Assembly (NCBI GenBank): GCA_048571215.1
Contig: CP182352.1
Span: 2,976,001 to 3,040,000, forward strand
Length of the DNA: 64,000 nt
DNA from: Halarcobacter sp.
Lineage (GTDB): Bacteria > Campylobacterota > Campylobacteria > Campylobacterales > Arcobacteraceae
Direction of reading: 5' to 3'
Shown: in pieces, positions 20,519-29,641 of the stretch
Layout: every line of letters starts with the position of its first letter
Position numbering within the stretch: the stretch's first letter is position 1
Program-made: the position numbers and the translations under genes
Notes under the pieces: model-generated
Seen by the model: only the letters and a program-made list of their open reading frames with translations
Told to the model about the DNA's origin: nothing
Databases searched by the model: none

Positions 20519-21514
20519 TTATTCCACATCACAAAATTCAAGTGACAATGTTTTTGGTTTTTCAACTGAATTGTTATTTAAAATATAAAGATTTTTCAAA
20601 CTCTTTAGATTTTCTATAGAGTCTGGTAAAGAATCCAAACTATTATCCTCAACATCTAATTCTTCTAATTTTTGCAACTGACCAATGTTTTCAGGCAAAG
20701 ATTCTAAACAATTAGCACTTACACTTAGGCTTGTTAAGTTTTTAAGTTTACAAATCTCTTCTGGTAGAGTTTTTAGCTCATTATTATCCAAAATCAATAT
20801 TTTTAAATCTTCCAATTTACTGACATTAAAGTCCAATGAGGTCAAAGAGTTATCACTCAAATCAAGTTTTATCAACATATCATGAGACTCTAATGACGGT
20901 AAATTTTGTAGATGATTACCCTCTAGCAACAGTGTTTCAAGCTCTTCAATCGCAGAGATTGATTTAGGCAAATATTTCAAATTATTAAATGAAAAATCTA
21001 CATAATATAAAGTATTCATCTTAGAAAATGCATCAGGTAACTCATTTAATTCATTTGTATCAAAAGATAAATACAATAATTTATTTAGCTTTTCCAAGCC
21101 CATAGACAAAGATTCAATTTTATTTGCAGCAACGGTAAGTCTAGTTAAGTTTGTCAGATTATAAATCTCTTCAGGAAGGGTTTTTAATCTATTTCCATTT
21201 AGATTTAAAATCATCAACTTTGATAGATTACCAATAGTTGAGGGAATCTCTTCTAAAAGATTATTTTCACATTGAAGATTTTTTAAATTTTTAAGTTCCC
21301 CAATAGCTTTTGGCAAAATTTTTAGTCTATTATTTGATAATTTTAGAACTGAAAGGTTTTTTAATACCCCAAAAGATTCAGGTAACTCCCTAATCTTCTT
21401 TTTTGATAAATCTAAATGGGTCATCATATTAATATCATCTATATGTGTTGAAATTGTGGAAGTTAATCCAGCTGATTTAACCCATCTAATAAAATTCTCA
21501 ATATCATTACTCAT
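20519..21514 (-). CDS. Leucine-rich repeat protein (about 12 x 23-aa LRRs)
   Basis: Repeats of LxxLxLxxNxLxxLPxxIxxL. Confidence 0.93.
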   Translation of the reverse strand: MSNDIENFIRWVKSAGLTSTISTHIDDINMMTHLDLSKKKIRELPESFGVLKNLSVLKLSNNRLKILPKAIGELKNLKNLQCENNLLEEIPSTIGNLSKLMILNLNGNRLKTLPEEIYNLTNLTRLTVAANKIESLSMGLEKLNKLLYLSFDTNELNELPDAFSKMNTLYYVDFSFNNLKYLPKSISAIEELETLLLEGNHLQNLPSLESHDMLIKLDLSDNSLTSLDFNVSKLEDLKILILDNNELKTLPEEICKLKNLTSLSVSANCLESLPENIGQLQKLEELDVEDNSLDSLPDSIENLKSLKNLYILNNNSVEKPKTLSLEFCDVE

Positions 21515-21515
21515 A

Positions 21516-21758
21516 TTAACCCTTTAACCTATCATTCATTGCATCTATTAAAAAAGATATCTCTTCATAATCAACAAAACCAAAATCAACCATATTGTAC
21601 AATGCCATTAAAGGCTTTCTACAACAAGTCTTATTACATCCTGTAACTAATTTTTTAGCTTTCTTATAAGGAAGATCTGTTTGTTGAAATATTTCAACAG
21701 CATCTTGAATGGTTTTTTCTCCACATTCACATATTTGCTTATTTTTAAAATCTTCCAT
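21516..21758 (-). CDS. BFD-like [2Fe-2S]-binding protein
   Basis: ICECG...TGCNKTCCR. Confidence 0.7.
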   Translation of the reverse strand: MEDFKNKQICECGEKTIQDAVEIFQQTDLPYKKAKKLVTGCNKTCCRKPLMALYNMVDFGFVDYEEISFLIDAMNDRLKG

Positions 21759-21768
21759 TATATTGTGC

Positions 21769-21978
21769 TTATTTTAAGTAAGGGTGTTTTTCTTTAAATG
21801 CTGTAACATCTTCCATAGCAAGTGCAATTTTTTCACTTAATTCTGGAAGTTTAACATAATCAGTCCAGATTGTATCTTCAACAATATCATGAACAGTACC
21901 TGCTAATTCAACAACCTTTCTTTTATATTTTGCTAATTCTTTTTTAGCTTCTTTTTGCTCTTCTGTTAATCCAGCCAT
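21769..21978 (-). CDS. CCE_0567/Rop-like nif-associated small protein
   Basis: Helical hairpin KKELAK.KRK...LAG.VHDIVED..W; nif context. Confidence 0.7.
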   Translation of the reverse strand: MAGLTEEQKEAKKELAKYKRKVVELAGTVHDIVEDTIWTDYVKLPELSEKIALAMEDVTAFKEKHPYLK

Positions 21979-21994
21979 ATATTTCTCCTTTTTT

Positions 21995-22801
21995 TTAAAT
22001 TGCGTATAGATTTTCCAACTTTAAATGGGGTTTTTCTCCCAAATACAAAAGTTTGAAATTTGATTCTTTTTTAAACTTATAGCTCTCATAAAGTTCTGTT
22101 ATTTCATTTACACCTTTTGGAGCATAGGCAAATATCTTTTTTAATCCTCTATAATACAAAACACCTCTTAAAAGCTTCTCAGCATCCAGATAAGATTCAC
22201 TTTGCATAAGCCAAGGAGATATTCGTATATATCTTTTATTTACAACATAAGAGTGTAAAAATCCTGTTTGAGTAGATAGTTTTAAAGAGTTAGAAAAGGT
22301 ACAATCTTTTTTTATGTAATCCTCTCTATTATCTAAGAAAACCTCTTTATCAATTCTTTTAGAAACATTTTCATAATCTTCCCCACTTACCTGCTTTGCA
22401 ATAGAGTTAGAAAAATTAAAAGCAACCGCTTCTCCACTATGCAAAAACCTAATAAAAGATGAGTGCTCTTTAAAATTAAATGGTTCAAAATATGAAACTA
22501 AAGAGTTTTCCACAACTACATAGATATTCATTGTTCTTGAGTTTTGTATTAAAAGTTTTATCAATCTAATCAAAACATCTTTATGTGCTTTCATAGCACT
22601 AAGTACATTTATAAAAATATGTTTTTCGAATTCATAAGCACTAATAACTCCAACCACTTTCCCACTTTCATATGCAGCAAAACAGTATTGAGGATAGATT
22701 TCATAGGTCTTCTTTAATAGTTCAAGCTCAAAAAGCGTATCACTTTCAAGAAGATCTGAAATCTCTTCTTCGAAATTATTTCTTAAATATCCAACGAACA
22801 T
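21995..22801 (-). CDS. Degenerate GNAT-fold (YitH-like) protein
   Basis: YCFAAYESGKVVGVISAY, ISPW, ELYESYKF pattern; overlaps nifV stop. Confidence 0.55.
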   Translation of the reverse strand: MFVGYLRNNFEEEISDLLESDTLFELELLKKTYEIYPQYCFAAYESGKVVGVISAYEFEKHIFINVLSAMKAHKDVLIRLIKLLIQNSRTMNIYVVVENSLVSYFEPFNFKEHSSFIRFLHSGEAVAFNFSNSIAKQVSGEDYENVSKRIDKEVFLDNREDYIKKDCTFSNSLKLSTQTGFLHSYVVNKRYIRISPWLMQSESYLDAEKLLRGVLYYRGLKKIFAYAPKGVNEITELYESYKFKKESNFKLLYLGEKPHLKLENLYAI

Positions 22802-23898
22802 AAGTATAACTCTTTTAATTCAGTACTATTTAGCACTTTTTTTCTTTTTGTTACAATCTCTCTAACCAATGGCAAAAGTTTTTGTAAGATATCTTTATCA
22901 GGTGTTATTCCCATTGCTTGTAAATGAAAAAGTAAAGTAGATGTTCCCGAATGTTTCCCTATAGGAAATTGTCGTTTCAATCCAACCTCAGCAGGAGTAA
23001 ATGGTTCATATGAAGATTTTGATTTCATCATACCATTTACATGAATTCCAGATTCATGAGAAAAAATATACTCTCCTACTATTGGAAGATTTGTATCTAT
23101 TCTTCTATTTGATGCTTGACTAACCAGCTTGATTAGTTTTTTAAGCTTTTTAGAATCTAAATCAACTTTTTTGCCAAACAATCTTGTTAAGCTCATTAAA
23201 ACCTGCTCAAATGATGCATTGCCCGCGCGCTCACCCAATCCAATTACTGTTGTATTTGCACTAACTGCTCCAGCTTCATATCCTGAAATTGCATTTGCAG
23301 TAGCCATTCCGAAATCGTTATGTGTATGCATCTCAATATCTAGCAGGTTTAATGAACTTAATTTTTTAATATTTTCATATGTTTTATGTGGTGTTAAAAT
23401 ACCAACTGTATCACAGTATCTAAATCTATCAGCACCTAAACTTTTCCCAAGACTCATAACCTCTTGTAAAAAACCTAAATCTGCTCTAGATGAATCTTCT
23501 CCTCCAATGCAAACAAAAAGATTCTCTTTTTTAGCTTGGGTTACTACAGTTTCAAGCTGTTTTAAAAGTCTATGTTTATCACCTTTAAATTTTACATCTA
23601 TTAAAATATCAGATACGGGAATTGATAAGTCAACTGCTTTTAATCCACAGTTCATAGAGGCTTCTAAGTCATTTAAAGTAGCCCTATTCCAACTCATAAT
23701 TCTAATTGGTAAATTAAGTGCTAAAATCTCTTTTAAATCATCCTGCTCTTTTTTACCCATAGCAGGAATTCCAACTTCAAGTTCATCTGCACCAACTTCA
23801 TAAAGTTTTTGTGCAATTTTAAGTTTCTCTTTTGTGTTAAAAGCAACATATGGAGCTTGCTCCCCATCTCTTAAAGTTGTGTCGTTTATAAGAAACAT
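22783..23898 (-). CDS. nifV: Homocitrate synthase
   Basis: DTTLRDGEQAP, EVGIPAMG, EDSSRAD, HTHNDFGMATAN, GLGERAGN, FSHESGIH, GKHSG. Confidence 0.95.
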   Translation of the reverse strand: MFLINDTTLRDGEQAPYVAFNTKEKLKIAQKLYEVGADELEVGIPAMGKKEQDDLKEILALNLPIRIMSWNRATLNDLEASMNCGLKAVDLSIPVSDILIDVKFKGDKHRLLKQLETVVTQAKKENLFVCIGGEDSSRADLGFLQEVMSLGKSLGADRFRYCDTVGILTPHKTYENIKKLSSLNLLDIEMHTHNDFGMATANAISGYEAGAVSANTTVIGLGERAGNASFEQVLMSLTRLFGKKVDLDSKKLKKLIKLVSQASNRRIDTNLPIVGEYIFSHESGIHVNGMMKSKSSYEPFTPAEVGLKRQFPIGKHSGTSTLLFHLQAMGITPDKDILQKLLPLVREIVTKRKKVLNSTELKELYLCSLDI

Positions 23899-23934
23899 CT
23901 TAATTACCTTTTAATTAGATTATATATATCTAAG

Positions 23935-23950
23935 ATGCAAAATTTATTCC
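23935..23950 (-). promoter_or_regulatory. sigma54 -24/-12 promoter of nifV operon (GGAATAAATTTTGCAT)
   Basis: GG-N10-GC spacing; matches nine other sites. Confidence 0.8.
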
Positions 23951-23967
23951 GTTGATTGTTTTAGGTT

Positions 23968-24249
23968 CTAAATAAACTCAATTTCAGGGCAATGAATATT
24001 TTTCATATCCTCTTGAACTAAAGATTCATAGGCATATAAAAAGCAACATGGCCTATCTTTTATTGTTTTTTCTACTTGCCAGAAATATTCTAAATCTTTT
24101 ATGATATATATTTTATCTGCTCTTAAAGATTTAAGTGGAAAACCAATAGCCCCATGGCAAGTTGTAACGGGATACAGTTCCAATAACTCATTATTGATAG
24201 AGATTGGACCATTACCTTTTAGTAGTATTATTGTAGGTTTAGTTTTCAT
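23968..24249 (-). CDS. Hypothetical protein, 93 aa, Cys/His-containing
   Basis: ORF between nifB and nifV; no family recognised. Confidence 0.6.
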   Translation of the reverse strand: MKTKPTIILLKGNGPISINNELLELYPVTTCHGAIGFPLKSLRADKIYIIKDLEYFWQVEKTIKDRPCCFLYAYESLVQEDMKNIHCPEIEFI

Positions 24250-24255
24250 AATTGT

Positions 24256-24282
24256 ACAAAAAGTTAGGGTTTACCCTAACTC
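24256..24282 (-). terminator. Intrinsic terminator-like hairpin at nifB stop
   Basis: Minus strand AGTTAGGG-TAAA-CCCTAACT followed by T run. Confidence 0.65.
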
Positions 24283-25719
24283 TTGTTCAGTTTTTTCTTC
24301 TTTTGCGAAGAAATATTTTTGAGCTGCTGCAAAAACTGATTTTTCGATTGGTTGAAGTGCATAAGAATCATCTGAAATCAGATTGATTTGTGCCAATTCA
24401 TCTTGAGGACATCCTCCAATTTTTTCTGTTAAAAGAATATCAACATCTTTTAAAGTGTTTTTAATCTCTTCAATAGGATAAGAACCATCACAATCCTCAG
24501 GTCCTTTACAATATGCATTTTCAACTTTTCTATGCATTACAAATTTAAGAGCTTGATCACCAACCTCATAGATTAGGAATTCAGTTGCATTACCAAAGTG
24601 TAAGTTAACAGTTCCCTCACCAGCAGTGGTAACAGCAACAAGTTTTGTTTCACCAGTTGAACTTAATTGTTCTTTAGTAGCTTGTTCAATCTTAATTCTA
24701 TCATTTGCTTTTTCTAAAGCAGCTCTCCAGTTTTCAATAACTTCATGTTTTTGCTTTCTTGCTTCAATATTGTATTGATCTTCTAAAGCTTCCCAAGTCA
24801 TATCTTGGAATACATCAGGAGAAAACTCTTCCCCTCTATCTTCACCAATAAGTCCTACAGCATCAGCACGACATTGTCTACAGTGACTCATTAGTTTCAT
24901 ATCCATACCACAGGCTTCTTGCGCAGCCATAACCTCTTGGTCAGTTGCACTTCTTTGTCCATTTAATCCATAATATGTACCATATTCTTCTTTTGAAAGT
25001 AGTGGCATAATATTATGTAAAAATACACCTAACTCTTTTAGTTTTTTTGCAACATTAGGTAGTTCTTGGTCATTTACACCAGGGATAAGTACTGAGTTAG
25101 CTTTTACTAAGATTCCTCTTTCAACTAACATCTTAATACCTTTTAGTTGTTGTTCTAAAAGAATTTTTGCACCTTCGGCTCCAAATACTTTTTTGTGATT
25201 CCAGTGTATCCATGGATAAATTTTAGCTCCAATTTCACCACTTTCATCAACTGAATTAATTGTAACAGTAACGTGGTCAACATTATATTTAACCATCTCA
25301 TCAACATAATCTGGAAGTCTTAATCCATTTGTTGATAAACAAAGTTTTTGATCAGGTGCTTTTTCATGTAACATTCTAAAGGTATCAAATGTTTTTTTAG
25401 GATTTGCAAGGGCATCACCAGGACCTGCAATACCTACAACTGATAGTTGTTGAATATCTCCACCTACATATAATACTTTTTTAACAGCATCTTCTGGACT
25501 TAACTTATTTGAAGTAACACCAGGTCTTGACTCATTTGAACAGTCAAATTTTCTGTTACAATAGTTACATTGAATATTACATGCAGGAGCAACAGCAACA
25601 TGAATTCTAGCGTAGTGTTGGTGTGCACCTTCACTATAACATGGATGGTTATTGATTTTATCCATCACCTCTTGTTGTAATTCCTCTTGTGTACTACTTG
25701 ATGTACAAGAACAGCTCAT
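24271..25719 (-). CDS. nifB: Nitrogenase cofactor biosynthesis radical SAM protein NifB with C-terminal NifX-like domain
   Basis: HPC, CNIQCNYC, ESRPG, AGPGD, TVTIN, CRQCRADA, HFG; SD AGGAG before ATG 25719. Confidence 0.97.
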   Translation of the reverse strand: MSCSCTSSSTQEELQQEVMDKINNHPCYSEGAHQHYARIHVAVAPACNIQCNYCNRKFDCSNESRPGVTSNKLSPEDAVKKVLYVGGDIQQLSVVGIAGPGDALANPKKTFDTFRMLHEKAPDQKLCLSTNGLRLPDYVDEMVKYNVDHVTVTINSVDESGEIGAKIYPWIHWNHKKVFGAEGAKILLEQQLKGIKMLVERGILVKANSVLIPGVNDQELPNVAKKLKELGVFLHNIMPLLSKEEYGTYYGLNGQRSATDQEVMAAQEACGMDMKLMSHCRQCRADAVGLIGEDRGEEFSPDVFQDMTWEALEDQYNIEARKQKHEVIENWRAALEKANDRIKIEQATKEQLSSTGETKLVAVTTAGEGTVNLHFGNATEFLIYEVGDQALKFVMHRKVENAYCKGPEDCDGSYPIEEIKNTLKDVDILLTEKIGGCPQDELAQINLISDDSYALQPIEKSVFAAAQKYFFAKEEKTEQELG

Positions 25720-25754
25720 AGTATCTCCTTTTTTTTCTTTTATACCCAAGCTTT

Positions 25755-25770
25755 ATGCATATAGTGTTCC
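25755..25770 (-). promoter_or_regulatory. sigma54 promoter of nifB (GGAACACTATATGCAT)
   Basis: GG-N10-GC. Confidence 0.85.
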
Positions 25771-25793
25771 ACAGAAATTTTGTTAATATATTA

Positions 25794-25809
25794 GGAATAG
25801 AAAATGCAT
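25794..25809 (+). promoter_or_regulatory. sigma54 promoter of 61-aa ORF (GGAATAGAAAATGCAT)
   Basis: GG-N10-GC; back-to-back with nifB promoter. Confidence 0.7.
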
Positions 25810-25837
25810 AGAATAGGAAAATATAGGAGAGATTAAA

Positions 25838-26023
25838 ATGAATATTCAAGAAGAGATTAAAGCACAGTTACTTAAAGAACTATTTTCAAACATAGATAAT
25901 ATATACGATTTTATGGATGCTAGATATAATTTAGATAAACCCTGTGAAGATGCAATTGTTAAAAAACTAAATGAGCTTAAAGATGTAGTTTACAAGGTTT
26001 CAGGTCTTAGTGAGTTGTCTTAA
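25838..26023 (+). CDS. Hypothetical helical protein, 61 aa, probably sigma54-dependent
   Basis: SD AGGAG, own -24/-12 promoter. Confidence 0.75.
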   Translation: MNIQEEIKAQLLKELFSNIDNIYDFMDARYNLDKPCEDAIVKKLNELKDVVYKVSGLSELS

Positions 26024-26099
26024 AATTAACTGGTGATGAGTATAAACATTTAGTTTTAGTCAAAGTACTGTAGTTAAATATACCCATCACCACTTAATT
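26024..26099. repeat. Inverted repeat (21-bp arms, 34-bp spacer) between convergent genes
   Basis: aattaactggtgatgagtata / tatacccatcaccacttaatt. Confidence 0.6.
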
Positions 26100-26109
26100 C
26101 ATATCACAA

Positions 26110-27351
26110 TCAATTCATTGTCATCTCAATCATTTTACCATTTAAAATTTCTGAAAATTCAACCCCATAGTTATAACACTCTTTTAACTCATTTTTTGTA
26201 GGAATTAGTTTTATCTTCATTGGATCTAATGGGGGAACTCTAAAGTTTAGAGATTTTAATCTATGAATAATCATATCCACAGCTTCGCCACTCCAACCAT
26301 AACTTCCAAAGGCACCACCTGTTTTACCCCTTTTTTCTAAGTACATCATACAAGATAGTAAATCCCAAACCGGTTTTGGTGCATCAGCGTTAATTGTAGG
26401 AGTACCTATTAGCACCCCATGACTCTCTTCAAGGATATTTATCATATTTTGTTCATCAATTGAAGCCAAATCATACACATTTGCAATAATACCATCTACA
26501 CTTTCAGCACCTTCAAAAATAGCTTCTGCCATATCTTTTGTGTTTTTGTAACTAGTTAAATAAAAAATAGATAAAACTTTGTTACCATGGGAAGTGTCTT
26601 GATAATCACTTTGACTCCATTTACGATAATATTCAAGATATTTATAAGGTTTTTGTCTTAAAATTGGACCATGAAGTGGTGCAATTATCTCAATATCCAA
26701 TTTATCATAGAGTTTTAAAGCATTTAAAACATAAGATTTAAAAGGTCTCATAATATGGTCATAATAGTATTTAAAAGCATAAAAGAAATCACTAACTTGA
26801 TCATCAAATAATCTTCTATCGTGATAATGACTTCCAAAAACATCTCCAGAAAATAAAAGACTATCTTCAACTATATATGAACTCATTGTTTCAGGCCAAT
26901 GTAAATAAGGAGTTGTTAAAAACTTGATTGTTTTATTTCCCAAAGTTATACTTTTATTTGTCCATACAGTTTCAAACTCAATATTATCTCTTTGGGTAAT
27001 TGCTTTTAACATAGCACTTGCTTGTGGAGAGATTAAAACTTTTACATCACTAGGAACTCTATTCATAAGCTCAGGAATTGCTCCTGCATGGTCTGGTTCT
27101 AGATGATGCAATACCACATACTTAATCTCATCATAAGAACATAAAGCTTCAATTTTTTTAAAAAACTCTTCTTGAAACTCTATTTTAACAGTATCAACGA
27201 TTATGACACCCTCATCAGTCTTTATCAAATAAGCATTATATGAAGATCCATTTGCAGTCTTCATAATGATATCAAAAGTTCTAATATCAGGGTCAAAGGC
27301 ACCTATAAAATAAATATCAGGTGCTATCTCTATAGGTTTGTTTGTGTCCAT
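26110..27351 (-). CDS. fprA: Flavodiiron protein (FprA, O2/NO reductase)
   Basis: GSSYNAYLI, HLEPDH, HWPE, DVFG, HG; flavodoxin domain with FGSYGWSGEA. Confidence 0.93.
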   Translation of the reverse strand: MDTNKPIEIAPDIYFIGAFDPDIRTFDIIMKTANGSSYNAYLIKTDEGVIIVDTVKIEFQEEFFKKIEALCSYDEIKYVVLHHLEPDHAGAIPELMNRVPSDVKVLISPQASAMLKAITQRDNIEFETVWTNKSITLGNKTIKFLTTPYLHWPETMSSYIVEDSLLFSGDVFGSHYHDRRLFDDQVSDFFYAFKYYYDHIMRPFKSYVLNALKLYDKLDIEIIAPLHGPILRQKPYKYLEYYRKWSQSDYQDTSHGNKVLSIFYLTSYKNTKDMAEAIFEGAESVDGIIANVYDLASIDEQNMINILEESHGVLIGTPTINADAPKPVWDLLSCMMYLEKRGKTGGAFGSYGWSGEAVDMIIHRLKSLNFRVPPLDPMKIKLIPTKNELKECYNYGVEFSEILNGKMIEMTMN

Positions 27352-27352
27352 T

Positions 27353-27712
27353 TTATTTTGCTATTAACCTTCTCATCCAAATTGGAGGATTATCTTGCAT
27401 CTTTATTAGAGAGTTTAAAACATCCTCTATTTTTTCATTTTCTTTGCTAGCTTGCATTGGAAATATCTTACAAGACTTAACCATCATCGATGCTTTTGGT
27501 CCTATTTGTTGCACATATAAAATATCAGCATCTTCAATACACTCTATTTTATATGTTAATTTATCAATCTCATCTTCTATCTCTATAGAGGAATCAACCG
27601 ACTTTACAAATTTGTAAGAATCACCTATTATCTCATATATATAAAACTCTTTACACCAACCAAAGTGTTGATTAACATAAATATTATCTTGAGATGCAAA
27701 TGCAATTTTCAT
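27353..27712 (-). CDS. NifX/NifY/NifB-family FeMo-cofactor binding protein
   Basis: MKIAFAS.D...VNQHFG, IGPKA, NPPIW. Confidence 0.85.
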   Translation of the reverse strand: MKIAFASQDNIYVNQHFGWCKEFYIYEIIGDSYKFVKSVDSSIEIEDEIDKLTYKIECIEDADILYVQQIGPKASMMVKSCKIFPMQASKENEKIEDVLNSLIKMQDNPPIWMRRLIAK

Positions 27713-28680
27713 AGTATAAATAACCTAACTTTTGGGTCTATAACTTTTTGCATAGTATCTGCAATCATAGAGTAAGTTCCAGTTGAAGCAATAGAACATC
27801 CAACACAGGCACCTTGATATGCCAGTCTTATCTCTATTTCTGGTTCATTTAAATAATCAATTAAAATCACATTTCCACCATCTTTTACCAAAATAGGTCG
27901 AATAAATCTATCTAAGGTATCATTTATAATCTCTAATTGTTTTTCTCTATCTTGTGCTCTAAAATGATCATTAAGTTCACATTGACTTGGTAACTCTTTG
28001 TCCATTCCTGTTAATTGAATATTTGCCATAGCATGACCATTTTTTGCAGCTTTTAACATACAATCAAAACCTTCTCTTACCCCATCAATATTTGTTCTAT
28101 CTTGAAGTTGCAATAAGGCCAATCTAAAAGCAGCTTGTGTATGATTTTTTCTTACTGCTCTTCTAAAATAATCTTTTGCTTTGTCCAAATCCTCTTCAAC
28201 ACCAATTTTAGTTTGATACATAAGTGCTAAATTGAAATTTGCTGAATCATTATCATACTCACTTGCTTTTTCAAACCAAGTTCTTGCAGTTTCAAAATCT
28301 TTTTCAACACCCTCACCTTTTAGATACATCAATCCAAGGTTTGCCATAGCTTGATCATTTTTAAACTTTACTTCTTCTTCCCAGATTTTTAATGCAGTTT
28401 CAAAATCTTTACTCTTATATGCTGCAAGTGCTTCTCTATGTCTCATAAATCTTCTTCCTTCTCCTGGTTTTGGTAATTCTCTTCCAGCTTTTAATTCTTT
28501 TTGTATATGCTCATACAAATATTCATAGGCTAACTCTATAGCTTCTTCATAATCCTCACTAGCAGCTTTAATATCAAAATCTAAAAACTCCACTAAAAAG
28601 GCATCTCCAACTTCGTGTTCTCCACTATAACACTCAAATGGATAATCTAAAGACTGGTAATAAGCTAAACTTTTTTCCAT
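27709..28680 (-). CDS. Fusion protein: HicB-like N-terminus + Sel1 repeats + NifU/Nfu C-terminal domain
   Basis: EEAIELA...ELKAGRELPKP; AMANLGLMYLKGEGVEKD repeats; IRPILVKDGGNV...QGACVGC. Confidence 0.85.
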   Translation of the reverse strand: MEKSLAYYQSLDYPFECYSGEHEVGDAFLVEFLDFDIKAASEDYEEAIELAYEYLYEHIQKELKAGRELPKPGEGRRFMRHREALAAYKSKDFETALKIWEEEVKFKNDQAMANLGLMYLKGEGVEKDFETARTWFEKASEYDNDSANFNLALMYQTKIGVEEDLDKAKDYFRRAVRKNHTQAAFRLALLQLQDRTNIDGVREGFDCMLKAAKNGHAMANIQLTGMDKELPSQCELNDHFRAQDREKQLEIINDTLDRFIRPILVKDGGNVILIDYLNEPEIEIRLAYQGACVGCSIASTGTYSMIADTMQKVIDPKVRLFIL

Positions 28681-28681
28681 C

Positions 28682-29062
28682 TTAAAACTCTAAAGGCTTA
28701 TAATCTAATCTATCTTGCATATCAATAGATTCCCTAAAAGGTCTAGGTTGATTTGCAGGTGAAAAAATCCCTTTTTTCTTGTGTACTCTAATTTTATATA
28801 TACCTTCACTATTTCTATTTAGATAATATTCATCAAATTCTGAAGTATAAGGCATATCCCAAGCTATTGCTCCAGGTGTTGGACAAACATCAAAACACTT
28901 TGGTACTGAACAATCAACACACTCGATACACTTTTCAGGCTTTACATAAGTAAATTCTGGTTCATCTAAAGGTGAATCATCAGCACTAACTATTGCCATC
29001 GCTGGACACTCATCTACACATGCATCACAATTGATACACTCTTCTGTGATTATAATTGCCAT
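28682..29062 (-). CDS. fdxN: 2x[4Fe-4S] ferredoxin (FdxN-type) with C-terminal extension
   Basis: CINCDACVDECP and CIECVD....PKCFDVCP. Confidence 0.85.
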   Translation of the reverse strand: MAIIITEECINCDACVDECPAMAIVSADDSPLDEPEFTYVKPEKCIECVDCSVPKCFDVCPTPGAIAWDMPYTSEFDEYYLNRNSEGIYKIRVHKKKGIFSPANQPRPFRESIDMQDRLDYKPLEF

Positions 29063-29073
29063 AGTGTTTTAAC

Positions 29074-29466
29074 CTAGTTTGAACTACACTCACAACTACC
29101 AGTTGGAGTACCTGGGTCTAATAAAGACTCATAATTTGTTAAAGTAACCTCTTTACAACTATTTGATTTAACATCATTGTAAATATCTTCAAGAGTTAAA
29201 AACACTTTTGAAGAACTATATACTTTTATTTTGTTCTCATTTAAATGTTTATACACACCTTCACCCATATGGTAAAATATTGTACTCTTTGCTCCTGCTT
29301 CAATTACATATTTCGCAGTATCAAGGCCATTTCCACACCCTTTATTTTCAATAACTGAGAAACTTCCTGATTGAGAATCTAATAGGGCAAAAAAAGATGC
29401 ATTCCCATATAAATCCGAAATTGTTGTTGATGTACTATCGCTTAATGGTATCGCTATCATTTTCAT
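29074..29466 (-). CDS. NifB/NifX-family Fe-Mo cluster-binding protein
   Basis: IAIPL, YGNASFF, MGEG, Cys-rich tail; SD AAGGAG; start at ATG 29466 or 29460. Confidence 0.8.
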   Translation of the reverse strand: MKMIAIPLSDSTSTTISDLYGNASFFALLDSQSGSFSVIENKGCGNGLDTAKYVIEAGAKSTIFYHMGEGVYKHLNENKIKVYSSSKVFLTLEDIYNDVKSNSCKEVTLTNYESLLDPGTPTGSCECSSN

Positions 29467-29492
29467 CTCCTTATTTAATATAATAAATACAT

Positions 29493-29508
29493 ATGCATAA
29501 ATTATTCC
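29493..29508 (-). promoter_or_regulatory. sigma54 promoter of the fdxN-fprA operon (GGAATAATTTATGCAT)
   Basis: GG-N10-GC. Confidence 0.8.
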
Positions 29509-29641
29509 ATTGATGGATTCTCTTTTATACAAAATATTCAAATATTCAGATTTTAATAAATATAAATAATTAATTATTTAATTTAAATCTATTATAAGTA
29601 TGATAAATGTAATTTGTTTAATTAAAAACAATAATAGTTAT

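Noticed and set aside
23129..23803. 224-aa ORF antisense to nifV, and similar shadow ORFs (3164, 10043, 11081, 51996, 54611 and others)
   Set aside because: Fully overlap well-supported genes on the opposite strand or in another frame; no recognisable protein motifs
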